A DNA stretch of 64,000 bases from the NCBI GenBank assembly GCA_000002445.1, contig CP000069.1, positions 928,001 through 992,000 of the forward strand, given 5' to 3'. Each line of letters starts with the position of its first letter. Positions within the stretch are counted from its first letter, which is position 1. Position numbers and translations under genes: made by a program. Below are positions 62,722 through 64,000 of this stretch, piece by piece. The DNA comes from Trypanosoma brucei (Eukaryota). Under the pieces are notes generated by a model. That model did no database searches. It was not told where the DNA came from and saw only the letters and a list, made by a program, of their open reading frames with translations.

Positions 62722-63883
62722 ATGTACGGAATGTGATGCCACATACCAATACCTGTCGAATGCTGTAACGCACATGGTAAACAAACATGGCTTTGTGCGA
62801 GCTGATGCCCTCCGGAGGATCAAATACGGCGATGCAACACCCGCAGTGGACATCCTCCCGGAGCCCTCTCCAGTGGTGGCGATCGTTCCTCTACCATCGA
62901 GCATACGAGTCCTGATGAGACCGCAGGTGCTTTACTGTACCCTCTGTGCCTCCAAATTCGCAGTGCCAGGCCGACTATTACACCATCTTAGAACAATACA
63001 TGGCATAGGCAGCGGTAGTTGCCGCGTGAAAAGGGGGCGAGAGAGCGAGGACTCAGTGCAAGGAGATGGTAGCGTCCCAGCAGCCCCAGCCCCTCAGGAA
63101 ACACGGAAGCTGCCGTTTCAATGTGACCTGTGCGAGGCGAGCTTCAGTACACGTTCTTCCCTGTCACTACACAAGAAATTCAAGCATAAGAGCATAGTGA
63201 CGGAGGACGGTACCGTGGTGTTGGTGCAATTCCCTCGTAAGCGTGCCCGTGAGGGAAACGTTGACGTCCCGGGGAAAGGCGAGGTGCAGTGTGGTGTGTG
63301 TCAAAAAGTGCTCAGTTGCAGGGACTCCCTCATCCGACACTGTAAGGCTTTCCACAAAGGTGAGGGAGTCGAGCTTAAATGCAGCAAAAGCACAAAATTG
63401 CGTGCCACTGATTCCCCGCATACAAATGCATCCATGTTGGTGCGCCCGACATGCGGAAGGCAGTGTGCTAGCAAAACTGGCCTCACCCTACATCAAAAGA
63501 AGATGCACGGTATGAAGGTAGAGCGCGCTGTTACCAGCCAACGCGGCGACTGCGAAGAAACGTCGCTGCACCTGATGAGCTGTCCCAGTTTGAAGGAGTT
63601 ACGTGTCAGGCTTGCAGTAGAAGGTGAGTGTGTGCAGGATATATGTTTTTCCAAAAGGCTGGCGCAATTTCTCATTGCGGTTGAACGGAGCCGGCCGCAG
63701 GTGAAGTCCTCCCCCAATGTAACAGTCATACAACCCACTCTCCCTTCTGCAACTTCCCAGCTTATTGCCGAGTGTGGAGCTAGCAGGAAAAGCACCGGAC
63801 GCTGGAATAGTCCAGACACCCTCAGAGACAGAGGGGGTATGCAGTTAACAAGCAACAGAAACAGAAAGAGGGAGAGAGAATAA
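62558..63883 (+). pseudogene. C-terminal C2H2 zinc-finger (nucleic-acid-binding) domain of the retroelement
   Basis: Five C2H2 fingers: CTECDATYQYLSNAVTHMVNKHG, CTLCASKFAVPGRLLHHLRTIHG, CDLCEASFSTRSSLSLHKKFKHK, CGVCQKVLSCRDSLIRHCKAFHKG, CGRQCASKTGLTLHQKKMHG. Stop codon at 63881-63883, followed by the A-rich tail. Confidence 0.65.
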
Positions 63884-64000
63884 TAAACAAATAACAAAAT
63901 TCAAAACAAAAGGATTGCTAATTGACATTTTTGTGAGAGTCCGGGGTGGGAGGCTTCTCGCCCCGTCTGCTGTATTCCGTTCAACTGCGGAGCTACAACA

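Larger units (their letters stand above)
59272..63912 (+). mobile_element. Degenerate ingi/L1Tc-clade non-LTR (site-specific-like) retrotransposon: Pr77-like 5' end, 2A peptide, AP endonuclease, reverse transcriptase, RNase H, C2H2 zinc fingers, A-rich tail
   Basis: The 5' end (about 59272-59376, GATCAGCAGCGTCTTGCTGGGACACCGTTTTTCATTTGTCGGTCCATGGGCACGTGCCAGCGTGTCATCAGCAG) resembles the conserved ingi/RIME/L1Tc Pr77 region. The ORF then starts MLLSGDVEENPGP-SLRGMQWNCAGLS. RT motifs are present (PVTLTSCLCKVMERI, FVDYEKAFDTVDHD, FFADDLTLL). There is an RNase H-like segment (FSDSLSMLTAL...GHCGVKRNEVCDEMAKKAA) and five C2H2 fingers near the C-terminus. The coding capacity is split over at least 5 frames. 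An A-rich tail lies at 63884-63912. Confidence 0.8.

Overview
This window reads as a nuclear chromosomal segment from a kinetoplastid, most likely an African trypanosome of the Trypanosoma brucei group. Three things support that. All credible genes are intron-less and sit on the + strand as one polycistronic unit. Intergenic spacers are AT-rich with long polypyrimidine tracts, (TA)n runs and homopolymers. The 3' end carries an ingi/L1Tc-clade non-LTR retrotransposon whose 2A motif (MLLSGDVEENPGP) is the ingi type. From 5' to 3' the genes are: a 5'-truncated hydin (>4,300 aa, with its embedded adenylate-kinase-like P-loop domain), SF3a60/SF3A3, several kinetoplastid-type hypothetical proteins, a small U1/matrin-type zinc-finger protein, adenylate kinase 6 (Fap7/hCINAP-like), a RluA-family pseudouridine synthase, a ZNF622/Rei1-like C2H2 protein, an APC1-like protein with PC repeats (1837 aa), IFT20, GPI mannosyltransferase I (PIG-M/GPI14), a calpain-like protein with an N-terminal RNI-type leucine-rich repeat (LRR), a cytochrome b561-like membrane protein, CCDC25 (NFACT-R domain), a SpoIIIAA/Ycf45-like P-loop ATPase, and small hypothetical proteins. 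After the last host gene there is about 2.4 kb of ORF-free AT-rich spacer, then a frameshifted ingi-type element: a Pr77-like 5' end, the 2A peptide, AP-endonuclease and reverse-transcriptase regions, RNase H and C2H2 zinc-finger domains spread over at least 5 reading frames, and an A-rich tail. Many starts in the ORF track are non-ATG codons (TTG/GTG), so I re-anchored those CDSs to the first in-frame ATG. Minus-strand ORFs inside + strand genes are treated as spurious. I found no rRNA, tRNA or CRISPR features that I could support. All homology calls rest on motifs I recognised by eye and should be confirmed by search.
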